Assembly: GCA_964250935.1 (NCBI GenBank)
Contig: CAXUHM010000010.1
Coordinates: 27,514-91,513, forward strand
Reading direction: 5' to 3'
Origin: an uncultured Terriglobus sp.
Lineage (GTDB): Bacteria; Acidobacteriota; Terriglobia; Terriglobales; Acidobacteriaceae
DNA: 64,000 nt
Each line of letters opens with the position of its first letter. Positions within the stretch are counted from its first letter, which is position 1. The position numbers and the translations under genes were made by a program. Shown here one piece after another: positions 47,248 through 56,446 of this stretch. Below the pieces are notes generated by a model. The model saw nothing but the letters and a program-made list of their open reading frames with translations. It did no database searches and was not told the origin of the DNA.

Positions 47248-48195
47248 TTACTGCGGCGCCGTTTGACTTTGCTGCTGCTGCCGTAGACGCTGCAGTTGTT
47301 CGAAAATCTCCTGCGGGGTGCGCACACCATTGGGCGAGGCCTGTGTGCTGCCGTCGGTTGACGGGATGCTATTGGCCGTTGCCGCATTATTCGCCGCGGC
47401 ATTACTGTTGTTGAGGCCGTTGTCCGTACCATTCTGACCGTTGTCGCGCCCGTTGATGCCGTTGTCCGCACCGTTCTGGCCATTGTTCGGCCCGCTGATG
47501 CCGTTATCGCGGCCATTCACCCCGTTGTCTGGCACAACCCCGTCATTCGTGTTTGGGGGCAAGCCGCCGAAGCCGCCTGTGCGTGCCACACGTGGTGGCT
47601 GCGACGGGATGCGCCCGCGATAGGCCGGTGGCTGCGGGGGAGGCGTATCCGATACCGACGCCGCGTCCTGCTGGGTCGGTACATAGGAGGGCGTGGCTGC
47701 ACCGTTGCGGTCGGTCAGTACAAGTTCATCGGCTGCGCCGCCTTTCCGTTCGGTCAGCAGCAGGTTGACCGCGACGCCGTTCAACAGAGCCGGCACCACC
47801 AGGTTGAGCGGGCCCGGACCGTAGCTGCCGAAGATACGCTCATCGGGCGCGCTGCCGGTAACCTTCATCCCCGTCTTGAGACTTACCTCACGCAGGACCG
47901 CGTTCAGCGACGCATTGGTCGCTTCGATACGCAGGGCCACGCCGTTCCATGTGACAGCCAGGCGAGCCGACGGACCCCTGGTCTGCGGCTGGGCGGATGG
48001 CAGGGTGGAAACGGAGCGATCGGCGGACGCAGGAGTTGCGGATGCAGGTGCTGTGGATGCAGCTGCTGTGGACGTAGGTGTTGTGGATGTAGGCGCTGTG
48101 GATGGCAGCGTTTGCGCACAGACCACACCCGCCGCCCCGAGCAGCAGTCCGACCACGGCGCATTGAAGACGGCTTGCATCAGCCCGCAATGTCAT
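47248..48195 (-). CDS. secreted low-complexity protein with S/T/A/P linker and DNGxNGx heptad repeats
   Basis: The signal peptide is MTLRADASRLQCAVVGLLLGAAGVVCAQ. It continues with TAPTSTTPTSTAAASTAPASATPASA, a globular part (ATNASLNAVLREVSLKTGMKVTG), and then DNGVNGRDNGISGPNNGQNGADNGINGRDNGQNGTDNGLN. Confidence 0.7.
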   Translation of the reverse strand: MTLRADASRLQCAVVGLLLGAAGVVCAQTLPSTAPTSTTPTSTAAASTAPASATPASADRSVSTLPSAQPQTRGPSARLAVTWNGVALRIEATNASLNAVLREVSLKTGMKVTGSAPDERIFGSYGPGPLNLVVPALLNGVAVNLLLTERKGGAADELVLTDRNGAATPSYVPTQQDAASVSDTPPPQPPAYRGRIPSQPPRVARTGGFGGLPPNTNDGVVPDNGVNGRDNGISGPNNGQNGADNGINGRDNGQNGTDNGLNNSNAAANNAATANSIPSTDGSTQASPNGVRTPQEIFEQLQRLRQQQQSQTAPQ

Positions 48196-48335
48196 GAGAG
48201 CCTTTCCTGTTTCTCCCAACGTCGTGATTTTAGACGCATTCTGCCGCGTGAAGGTTCGGTGCGAAAAAATGCCGCTTGCAATAAACTTGAGGTGTCGGAG
48301 ACGACTGGGCAGAGAAGTATGCGGGAGCAGGCGGC

Positions 48336-49456
48336 ATGATGCACGGGACTACACGGGGGCGAGCAGCAAAGGTATCGACCGGGCTTCTGCGTTTCGGCAT
48401 GGCCACTGTCGTTGCAGGACTGCCGCTTGCGGCCCAGCAATGCATTACCCAGTCGCAGATGCAGCCGGCCGACAAGTCGTCCCTGATTCAGGCTTCGACG
48501 CAACTGGCGCAACAGATTCAGCGCGACGATACGGCCGGCGTTCGCGCGGCGACACTTCCACGGTATGCGCAGGACTTCGAGGGCATTGCCGGTACCATCC
48601 ACACGACGGCGCCTCACCTGGCAGGCGCGACACTGCAACCGAGTTCGGTGTGGGTGCTGGATGCAAGCAAGGCCAACAGCGGATCGGATGGCAGCCCGCA
48701 GGACACGCAGTTCTTCTGCAACCTGAACAAGAGCACTGCCGAGACCAGCTTTATGATCCGCAGCCTGCCGCAGGGCCGCTACGCACTTGCCGTGGTGGAC
48801 GCAACGCGGCCGAGTGACCCCTGGCAGATCGCAATGCTGCTGCGTGAGAGCACCCCAGGCACATGGCAGCTGGCGGGGCTCTTTCCGCGGGCCACGACCC
48901 ATGGCGGGGGGGTCACCCCCCCCCCGCCACCGGCCCGGGGGGGGGGCTGTTCCCGGGGCCCCCCCCCGCGCCCGGCCACGACGGCTTGTTTTATTGGCGA
49001 GCCGCACGTTCCGCTGCCGCCAGCCGGTTGTCCTGGACGTCCTGGATTGAGTATCGCGAGGCGGAGCAGTTGTTGAAGCCTGTGGGCTTTGTCGGCAGTT
49101 CCCACCTGGATCAGTTGCACGAGGAGCAGACGAAGGCCGCACCGCCGGCGCTGTCGAACGGCATCGGTCCCAATACGCCACTCACGCTGAAAGGGAAGGA
49201 TGGCATCGAGTACCAGGTTACCGGGCTGGGTCCTGATAGCTCACTCGGCGGCGATCGCATCGATGTAGCCATGCACGTGAGGGCCGACGCGATCGCTGAC
49301 CCTGTTGCCGCGCGCGCACGCAATCGAAAGATCGCGGCAGCGCTGGTGGACGCATACCCTGAGCTCCGCGACCATTTTCATGGTGTGTGGGTTTTCGCAG
49401 ATACCGCCAATGCAAGCCCCTTCGCGAGCGAAGAAGCCATGGCGCAACTTCCCTGA
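48336..49456 (+). pseudogene. secreted hypothetical protein gene interrupted by a frame change inside a G/C homopolymer block (pseudogene or sequence artefact)
   Basis: ORF 48336..49076 reads protein-like up to about 48900. ORF 48863..49456, in a different frame, reads protein-like from about 48974 (GHDGLFYWRAARSAA...EAMAQLP). The junction is the homopolymer block. Confidence 0.6.
48906..48967. repeat. cluster of G/C homopolymers
   Basis: G7 at 48906-48912, C10 at 48916-48925, G10 at 48937-48946, G4 at 48955-48958 and C9 at 48959-48967. Confidence 0.95.
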
Positions 49457-49520
49457 CACGTGACGCCGCCGTCGTTCCGGAAAAGCTCGGCACATAAGAT
49501 GGAAGGGCAGGAGAGTTCTA

Positions 49521-50156
49521 CTGAAAGCACTGGATCAAATTATTCGAGAACGGCGTTCCACACCCTCCTTCGACGGAACGGAAATGCCTGCCGCAGATCT
49601 TCGTCATATTCTGGATGCAGGTGCTGCGGCGCCATCCGGGTACAACGTACAACCCTGGCGTTTTGTCGTGGTGCAATCGGCGGAACAGAAGCGCAAGCTG
49701 CGGGTAGCCTGCTTTAACCAGGCAAAAACGGAGGAGGCTTCCGTCATCATTGCGTGCTGCGGCGACGCGGACGGCTGGCGTCGCGATGCCGACGAGATTA
49801 TCCGCATGGGGTTGGACGGCGGCATGCCAGAAAGCTATGCCGCGCAATTGAAGAGTTATGTCGAGAGCTATCTGTCGTCCTTGAATCGAGACCAGATGCA
49901 CGGCTGGCTCAACAAGCAGGTCTCCATTGCAAGCACGTTCATGTTGCTGACGGCAGAGGGCATGGGCTACAACACCGCGGTGATGGAAGGTTTTGAGCAG
50001 GAGCGTGTGCGTGAGGTGTTGCGTTTGCCGCTTAGCTACTGGGTGGTGTCCCTGCTCGCCATCGGGCACCGCAGGGGACCCGAAAAGTACCATGGTGGCC
50101 GTTTCAGTCTGACGCACACCGTATTCGGAGAAGAATTTGGAAAGCCGCTGAAGTGA
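49521..50156 (+). CDS. nitroreductase family protein (start codon unresolved)
   Basis: It shows AAPSGYNVQPWRFVVV. Similarity to nitroreductase N-termini continues upstream of the track start (LKALDQIIRERRSTPSFDGTE). That upstream stretch has no ATG, GTG or TTG in frame after the stop at 49485. Confidence 0.85.
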   Translation: MKALDQIIRERRSTPSFDGTEMPAADLRHILDAGAAAPSGYNVQPWRFVVVQSAEQKRKLRVACFNQAKTEEASVIIACCGDADGWRRDADEIIRMGLDGGMPESYAAQLKSYVESYLSSLNRDQMHGWLNKQVSIASTFMLLTAEGMGYNTAVMEGFEQERVREVLRLPLSYWVVSLLAIGHRRGPEKYHGGRFSLTHTVFGEEFGKPLK

Positions 50157-51154
50157 CCGTGAACGTCTCACACCGCATGCGATCGCGATGGCTTGTTGCC
50201 ACCCTGCTGGTGCTTCTGCTGGCCTTTATCGGCGCTCTCATCTTTGTCCATGATGACCCTTTCTGGCTGGTGGAGCGGGGCACCGATGTGTACCTTTGGA
50301 AAAACCGTGTTGACCATCACGACCTGATGGTGAACGGTCAGCGGATCCATTACCTGGAGACGACGCCTCCCAGCGGAACACCCGGGAAACCAATCGTCCT
50401 CATCCACGGCCTGGGTGCGCGGGCAAGCGACTGGTCCGTGATGATTCCCGCGCTGAACCGTGCGGGCTACCATGTGTATGCGCTCGACCTGTTGGGCTAT
50501 GGCCGCTCTGCTCGGCCAAAAGATGGCGACTTTACCCTGGACGGCGAGGAACGAGTGGTCCTCGGCTTTCTTGATGGTCTGCATCTGTCGAGTGCAGACG
50601 TTGCGGGCTGGTCGATGGGTGGCTGGATCGCGATGAAGCTCGCGCTGGACCATCCTGATCGGGTCCGCCGTTTGCTGCTCTACGACAGTGCCGGCCTGTA
50701 CATGCCGATCGATTTTCCGCTTGGGCTGTTCAATCCAACCACACCCGCCGAACTGGACGCGCTGCTCGACCGCATTGAGCCAAACCATCGCATTCTTCAC
50801 ATCCCCGGCTTTGCGGTTACGGGCTTGTTGAGGAACAAGCAGCACGATGCCTGGATTGTGAATGACTCGCTGGCAAGCATGCTCAACGGCAGAGACATTC
50901 TGGACTTCCGGGTGTACGGTCTGCGCATGCCCGTGTTGCTGGTGTGGGGCACCGAAGACAAACTTACGCCGCTCGCCGGTGCGCTCCATCTTCATCAGCT
51001 TGTGGCGCAGTCGGTGCTGGTCGAGCTTGCCGGGTGTGGTCACCTCGCCGCGGCAGAGTGTGCGCACCAGGCCATTCCACCCACCATTCAGTTTCTAGAT
51101 GCAGCGCCGCCACCACCACCCTCGATCCAGCTCATCCCCCACCCAAAGACCTGA
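50153..51154 (+). CDS. alpha/beta hydrolase
   Basis: N-terminal TM, then IVLIHGLGARASDW and the nucleophile elbow VAGWSMGGWIA. GTG 50153 overlaps the nitroreductase stop (GTGA). ATG 50177 is an alternative start. Confidence 0.85.
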   Translation: MTVNVSHRMRSRWLVATLLVLLLAFIGALIFVHDDPFWLVERGTDVYLWKNRVDHHDLMVNGQRIHYLETTPPSGTPGKPIVLIHGLGARASDWSVMIPALNRAGYHVYALDLLGYGRSARPKDGDFTLDGEERVVLGFLDGLHLSSADVAGWSMGGWIAMKLALDHPDRVRRLLLYDSAGLYMPIDFPLGLFNPTTPAELDALLDRIEPNHRILHIPGFAVTGLLRNKQHDAWIVNDSLASMLNGRDILDFRVYGLRMPVLLVWGTEDKLTPLAGALHLHQLVAQSVLVELAGCGHLAAAECAHQAIPPTIQFLDAAPPPPPSIQLIPHPKT

Positions 51155-51158
51155 GCGG

Positions 51159-51797
51159 CTAGTCGTCTTTCCAGCGGTAGGCCTCGTCCTGCGTCAGTCC
51201 AACATGCGCAAGCACGCGACAGGCAAACTGCCGTGCCATTTCGACCAGGGTCTCCGGACGATTGTAGAAGGCCGGAATGACGGGAAAGATGGTGGCTCCC
51301 GCCTCCGTCGCACTCGTCATATTGCGCAGGTGAATAAGATGAAACGGCGTTTCGCGCACGCACAGGATCAACGGCCGGCGCTCTTTGAGGCACACGTCGG
51401 CTGCACGGCCAACCAGCTTCTGCGCCATGCCATGGCTGATCTCCGCCAGCGTCGCCATGCTGCACGGCAACACGATCATGCCGTCGCTGGGGTAGCTGCC
51501 GCTGGCAATTCCCGCACCGATGTCGGCGTTGTCGAGTAGCCGGACCTTATTCTCCGGCAGCGCGATGGCATCGCCCGCCGTTCTGGTCAGGGCTTCCAGC
51601 ACCCGACTGCGACCACCCTGCAACCCCATCTCCTCGGCCAGCACGCGCATGGCGCTATCCGAGACCACTACACTTACCCGCCGCACCCGCGCATCTGCCG
51701 CAAGCAGTCGAAGCATGGCTCCGGCAAACACAGCGCCGCTGGCGCCGGTCACCGCAAGCGTCAGGTTACCGCAGCGTTCCTCTCCTGGGGAAGTCAT
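51159..51797 (-). CDS. ubiX: UbiX-family flavin prenyltransferase
   Basis: It shows LAVTGASGAVFAGAMLRLL, MIVLPCSMATLAEISHGMA and RPLILCVRETPFHLIHLRNM. Confidence 0.9.
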   Translation of the reverse strand: MTSPGEERCGNLTLAVTGASGAVFAGAMLRLLAADARVRRVSVVVSDSAMRVLAEEMGLQGGRSRVLEALTRTAGDAIALPENKVRLLDNADIGAGIASGSYPSDGMIVLPCSMATLAEISHGMAQKLVGRAADVCLKERRPLILCVRETPFHLIHLRNMTSATEAGATIFPVIPAFYNRPETLVEMARQFACRVLAHVGLTQDEAYRWKDD

Positions 51798-51806
51798 CGC
51801 TTTAGC

Positions 51807-53279
51807 TTAGACCCCGCGCGCCTGCAGGCGAACATTGATCGGGTAGCGCGGCCGAAGCGTGATCTTCTCTTCCACATCGATCTTCTGCCCAGGCAGCAGT
51901 TCCATCTTCCATCGCTGTGCCAGTGTTGCGAGCACAAGCACACTCTCCATCCAGGCAAATCCCTCGCCGATACACTGCCGGCCACCGCCACCAAAGGGGA
52001 AATAGGCGAACTTGTCACGCTTCGCGGCTTCTTCTTCCGTGTGACGCAAGGGCTCAAAGCGCAGGGGATCTTCAAAAAAGCGGACATCGCGTTGCAACAC
52101 ATACTGCGAAAAGAACCAGTGCGTGCCCGCCGGTAAGCGGTACGGTCCAATGTCGATCGGCGTTGTGCTCATGCGACCCATCGCCCATACCGGCGGGTAG
52201 AGCCGCATGGATTCGGCAAGGACCATGCGCGTGTACTTCAGGTTCCCATAGTCTTCGAGCGTCGCCCGCCGGTCTCCCAGCACCGTGCGAATCTCCTCCG
52301 CCATGCGCGCATCTGCCTCCGGGTTGATGCTCAGCAGGTACCACGTCCAGGCGAGTGCATTCGCCGTGGTTTCGTACCCGGCAAGAAAGATCGTGAGCAC
52401 CTCATCGCGCAGCTGCTCGTCGCTCAAGGCAGAGCCATCTTCATCGCGGGCCACCAGGAGCAGGCTGAGCAGGTCTGCGCGCTGCGACAACTTCTCAACG
52501 CCTTCGGCTTTGCGGTCCGCGATCATACGCGTCACAACGCGATCCAGTTTGGCGCGCGCCTTTTTGAAGCGCATCACGCCCGGGATCGGCAGGTGCAGCA
52601 CCGCCTCAAGATTTGGAAAGGCAACCAGGTAGTTGTAAATGCCCATGATGATGTTGGTCTGGTCATTGATGGCACGGATGTCGTGGTCTACCTCCGTGGC
52701 AAACAGCGTTTGCGCCACGATGTCGAGCGACAGTTTCATCATGCTTGCGGCGATGTCCGTTTCCTCGCCGTCGTGCCAGCTCTCTCGCGCGGTAACGGCG
52801 GCCGCTACCATCGTGTCTGCATACGCGGCGATGCGGCCCTTGTGGAAGGCGGGTGCGGCAATGCGGCGGGACCGCTTGTGCGTCGGGTCGTCGCTCGTCA
52901 GCAGGCCCTCGCCGAGCAGCACCTTGAGCCGCCGAACGGTGCGTTCCCGCACAAAGCTGCCCGCCTGGTTGATCAGGATCTCGCGTACATATTCCGGCTC
53001 GTTGATGAAGACGATGTGGATGCCGAACAGCCTGTAGTGCGCGATCGGACCGAGGTGCTCTGCCATGTACGTGAAGAGACGGATCGGCCGGCCCAGCCGT
53101 GCCCACGGCTTATGCAGGTAAAAGGGAAGCGCACGCTTCAGGCCAGGCGGAATGCGCCATGTTCCAGACCGCGTCGTGTAGCTGTAGGCCGGCCTGAACT
53201 CGAAGCCCGGGTCAGGGATAGCTGCGTTCCATGCGGACTTCTGCTCCGGTCGTGTTTCAAGTGTGCCCATCTCTTCCAT
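51807..53279 (-). CDS. cytochrome P450
   Basis: The heme loop is FGGGGRQCIGEGFA, the ExxR motif is ESMRLYPP, and the I-helix is FLAGYETTANAL. The start could be 53312, 53279 or 53270. Confidence 0.9.
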   Translation of the reverse strand: MEEMGTLETRPEQKSAWNAAIPDPGFEFRPAYSYTTRSGTWRIPPGLKRALPFYLHKPWARLGRPIRLFTYMAEHLGPIAHYRLFGIHIVFINEPEYVREILINQAGSFVRERTVRRLKVLLGEGLLTSDDPTHKRSRRIAAPAFHKGRIAAYADTMVAAAVTARESWHDGEETDIAASMMKLSLDIVAQTLFATEVDHDIRAINDQTNIIMGIYNYLVAFPNLEAVLHLPIPGVMRFKKARAKLDRVVTRMIADRKAEGVEKLSQRADLLSLLLVARDEDGSALSDEQLRDEVLTIFLAGYETTANALAWTWYLLSINPEADARMAEEIRTVLGDRRATLEDYGNLKYTRMVLAESMRLYPPVWAMGRMSTTPIDIGPYRLPAGTHWFFSQYVLQRDVRFFEDPLRFEPLRHTEEEAAKRDKFAYFPFGGGGRQCIGEGFAWMESVLVLATLAQRWKMELLPGQKIDVEEKITLRPRYPINVRLQARGV

Positions 53280-53382
53280 TAGAGCAGTACGGCATGGCTC
53301 CCAACCAGGCAAACCATGCGACTTGCGACGCCGTCACGCCGTTTCCCCGGGGCATTCTGTCCCGCAATAGAAGCGGAATAAA

Positions 53383-54084
53383 CTAGTCCGTTCTTCTCCC
53401 GCGAAAGGCCGCCCAGCGAGCTTCGACCGTGCTGCGTATCTGCTCTGCAACGGCCTCAATCCCGCTGTCCCCGGCAAAGGCCGCCACGCGTTCCGGCGTG
53501 CGTGCCGCGATGGCCTCATACGCCGCATGTACGCGGCGAAAGAACGACTCACCCTCGCGCTCGAACCGGTTTTCATCGACGACCCCGCGCTGCCGCGCAC
53601 GATCGTTCCGTTGCTGCGCGCGCGCCAGCGCCCGCTCCACACTTGGCAGCAGCAGGATCGTCAGATCGGGCTGCAGGTCGTCACAGAGCAGCCGATGCAG
53701 CGCCAGGACGCGTTCCGAGCCGAGCCCACGACCCACACCCTGGTAGGCTTCGCTGGAGTCGGTGTAGCGATCGCAGAGGATGATCCGTCCCGCTGCCAAC
53801 GCCGGCCGAATGACTTCCGCGATCGATTGAGCGCGATCTGCAAACATGAGCGACAACTCTGCCAGCGGCGCGAGCGCGCCCATAGTCGTGTCGGTCTGGC
53901 TGTCCAGCACAATCCCGCGAATGCGCTCGCCCAAAGGTGTGCTGCCGGGATTGCGCAACAGCACCGGCTCCATGCTTTGCGCGCGCAACCATTGGGCCAG
54001 CAGGCGTATCTGCGTCGTCTTACCCGACCCGTCCGGGCCCTCAAACGTTATAAAAAAACCGGGCGCTCTCTCCTGGCCAGTCAT
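53383..54084 (-). CDS. tmk: dTMP kinase
   Basis: It shows FITFEGPDGSGKTTQIRLL, the DRY motif (LCDRYTDSS) and the lid region. Confidence 0.92.
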   Translation of the reverse strand: MTGQERAPGFFITFEGPDGSGKTTQIRLLAQWLRAQSMEPVLLRNPGSTPLGERIRGIVLDSQTDTTMGALAPLAELSLMFADRAQSIAEVIRPALAAGRIILCDRYTDSSEAYQGVGRGLGSERVLALHRLLCDDLQPDLTILLLPSVERALARAQQRNDRARQRGVVDENRFEREGESFFRRVHAAYEAIAARTPERVAAFAGDSGIEAVAEQIRSTVEARWAAFRGRRTD

Positions 54085-54467
54085 CAGGGCCTGAGTCTCA
54101 TCTGGAAGGTGGCGTGATCCTGTGCCGGAAACGCAATCGTCAGTTGTCCTTCCTGGCCTTCGGTCAACACCGGTCCAACCTGGTGGTGCTCCTGCGCTTT
54201 TGCGTCAAAAAAAGTGAGTTTGAGCGGTCCGGTGCCATAGAGCTTGAAGCGGTAGTGAAAGCTTTGCCCAGGCGGCAGGGTTTGCACCCCAAAACTCGCA
54301 CTGGGGTACTCCACCTGGATCACCGTCAGGAGCTTTGCGCTGCCATTGGTAATGGTGGTCTCCACATACTTGGAGTGGCAGCCGAGCATCGACAACAGCA
54401 CCAGCAGGCCGGCCGGGAACAAGAAGGAGCGCACCCGGAAAGGGTAGCAGGCGGCAACGCGGTGCAT
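54084..54467 (-). CDS. hypothetical lipoprotein
   Basis: The lipobox is LLVLLSMLGCHSKY. The mature part is about 105 aa and beta-rich. Its stop shares 1 nt with the tmk start. Confidence 0.6.
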   Translation of the reverse strand: MHRVAACYPFRVRSFLFPAGLLVLLSMLGCHSKYVETTITNGSAKLLTVIQVEYPSASFGVQTLPPGQSFHYRFKLYGTGPLKLTFFDAKAQEHHQVGPVLTEGQEGQLTIAFPAQDHATFQMRLRP

Positions 54468-54480
54468 GCGAACGGCCACG

Positions 54481-55260
54481 CTACGCCAGCACCCGCGCAC
54501 TCAAAACGGCGCCGTTCTCACCGCCATGCAGCACAATCGGAAAGGCGAGAACGCTGCAGGTGACGTCCTGCTCGCCTTCACGCAACCGCTGCAGCAACCC
54601 ACGCCGTGTGCGGTCGCTATCGGTTCCCCGCGGCAGTGCCACGGTGCGCAGCACCTCACGCCAGTCACGCACAATCGATTCAATGTCAGCGAAAAGGTTC
54701 TGTCCCTCAAACCAGTCCCGCAGCCTGCCCAGGTCCACGGCCGCGCTCTCGTTGACGAACCGCCAGTTTGCTTCCGGGTGCAGAACTTGCACCAGCACAT
54801 CCGCCCCGATCGCCATGGCGATGCGCGAATCATAGAGCTCCCGCGCGTCGACGACGACCGGTGAACCGCGTCTCTTGGCCCGAAGGCTTCGCAGGGCGCT
54901 CAGGAGGTCGTCGACCGAGCTGTACCCCCTCCGGAGATGCATATCTTCCGGGCCGCCGAAGCGGTGTTTCAGCGTCACAGAAAGAATAAGGACAGGCACT
55001 GCCGGCCGGCGCATGCGCAAGCGCGGCGCTGCCTCGGTCCCGAGGGTGCCCTCCCCAAGGTAGTCGTTCAACACCGCGATGTCCGCTGAATCAAGGAGGT
55101 CGTTTGCTTCGTCCACCGTCGACGCGGGCAGGCATTCATACCCGTGTTGGCGCAGCACAGCGATCCGCAGCAGAAGGTGCGCCGCATTGTCGGCGAGCAG
55201 CAACACCCGTACCCGCTCTGCGCCTGGTGCTTGCGATCCGCCCTGCGTCTCTACAGCCAT
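54481..55260 (-). CDS. response-regulator receiver domain protein with PAS-like C-terminal domain (no recognisable output domain)
   Basis: REC-like elements are VRVLLLADN, DIAVLNDYLGEG, PVLILSV and LKHRF. The C-terminal 130 aa have a PAS-like pattern (VLVQVLHPEANWRFVNESAAVDLG...GQNLFA...). Confidence 0.65.
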   Translation of the reverse strand: MAVETQGGSQAPGAERVRVLLLADNAAHLLLRIAVLRQHGYECLPASTVDEANDLLDSADIAVLNDYLGEGTLGTEAAPRLRMRRPAVPVLILSVTLKHRFGGPEDMHLRRGYSSVDDLLSALRSLRAKRRGSPVVVDARELYDSRIAMAIGADVLVQVLHPEANWRFVNESAAVDLGRLRDWFEGQNLFADIESIVRDWREVLRTVALPRGTDSDRTRRGLLQRLREGEQDVTCSVLAFPIVLHGGENGAVLSARVLA

Positions 55261-55308
55261 CTCCGGTTCTGATGCTGCAAAGAGAAACGCGGTCCATCTG
55301 TCGCCTGC

Positions 55309-56442
55309 CTACACGTCGTTGGACCCGTTTGCGGGTGGGCTCGCTGCGGAGCGCGGCTGACCCGCTTCGGCCGCCCTGCGCAGCCCGCGCACCTCGCGCA
55401 CCAGCTCCGGCAGACGCGTAAAGGCGCTAACTGCCCGCAGCCATTGCCGATTGCTGATTGCCGGGTAGCCGGAAACCACGGCTCCGGGCTCCACGTCGTT
55501 GGGGATGCCGCTCTGTGCCGTGGCGACTGCATCATCACCCACCGTGCAATGGCCGGCAACACCGACCTGCCCCGCCAGAATGACGCGACTGCCCACGATA
55601 CTGGAACCGGCAAGGCCGACCTGCGCACACAGCAGCGTGTTCTCCCCAACATGCGATCCGTGGCCGACCTGTACCAGGTTGTCGATCTTGGTGCCCCGAC
55701 CGACCACCGTCTCGCCGATGCTGGCACGATCCACACAGGCGTTCGACTGCACTTCGACCCCGTCTTCCAGCACAGTGACGCCGCTCTGCACAATCTTGCG
55801 CCACCGACCAGCATCCTTGGCATAGCCAAACCCGTCGCCACCGATGACCACGCCATTGCCGAGCGTCACGTCGTCTCCCAGACGGCAGTGCTCCCGGACC
55901 ACGGCGTGGGCATGCGCCAGAAAACGAGCTCCGATCCGGACACCCTCGTACAACACGACATGCGGCAGCAGCACAGCGTCTTCTCCCACAACGGCACCGG
56001 CTCCGATGACCGCATAGGCGCCGACATGGGCACCTGCGCCGAGAAGAGCGGTAGGATGAATCACCGCCGTCGGATGAACTCCGGGCGCGTACACGGGTGC
56101 CTGGTAGAACAGCTCGACCGCGTGCGCAAACGCGAGATAGGGGTTCGCGACCCGCAGTGTCGCGATGCCGTCCAACTCCGGGAAAGCCGGGTCTACCAGT
56201 ACGGCGGCAGCCCTGGTCGTCCGCGCAAGCACCGTGTACCGGGGATTCGCCACAAACGTCAGTTCCTCGCTGGACGCCTGCTCAATGCCTGCCACGCCGG
56301 TGACCAGAGTGTCAGGATTGCCGCGCAGATCTGCTCCAAGAAGAACTGCGATATCCCCAAGCGTGCGCGATGGCGAGGCGGGTGACGCCCCATGCCAACC
56401 CCTGGTCTGGCGATTACTCCCGTTCGCGTCCATCGCTTCCAT
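55309..56442 (-). CDS. lpxD: UDP-3-O-acylglucosamine N-acyltransferase
   Basis: It shows TLGDIAVLLGADLRGNPDTLVTGVAGIEQASSEELTFVANPRY followed by many hexapeptide repeats. The start is 56442 or 56433. Confidence 0.9.
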   Translation of the reverse strand: MEAMDANGSNRQTRGWHGASPASPSRTLGDIAVLLGADLRGNPDTLVTGVAGIEQASSEELTFVANPRYTVLARTTRAAAVLVDPAFPELDGIATLRVANPYLAFAHAVELFYQAPVYAPGVHPTAVIHPTALLGAGAHVGAYAVIGAGAVVGEDAVLLPHVVLYEGVRIGARFLAHAHAVVREHCRLGDDVTLGNGVVIGGDGFGYAKDAGRWRKIVQSGVTVLEDGVEVQSNACVDRASIGETVVGRGTKIDNLVQVGHGSHVGENTLLCAQVGLAGSSIVGSRVILAGQVGVAGHCTVGDDAVATAQSGIPNDVEPGAVVSGYPAISNRQWLRAVSAFTRLPELVREVRGLRRAAEAGQPRSAASPPANGSNDV

Positions 56443-56446
56443 CCTG

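Noticed and set aside
47300-47560. Repeat arrays that might be CRISPR-like, here and at 22710-22769
   Set aside because: The repeats are contiguous with no unique spacers, and are short (20-21 nt) and degenerate. The 47.3-47.6 kb set is clearly coding (DNGxNGx). No cas genes are present.
48906-48967. Homopolymer cluster as a programmed phase-variation switch
   Set aside because: This is not fully excluded, but it is less likely than an artefact. The block looks like a stuttered copy of the adjacent sequence with every homopolymer inflated. Several different long runs are packed together, and another frame anomaly lies 500 nt away. It is kept as a finding for verification rather than called a feature.
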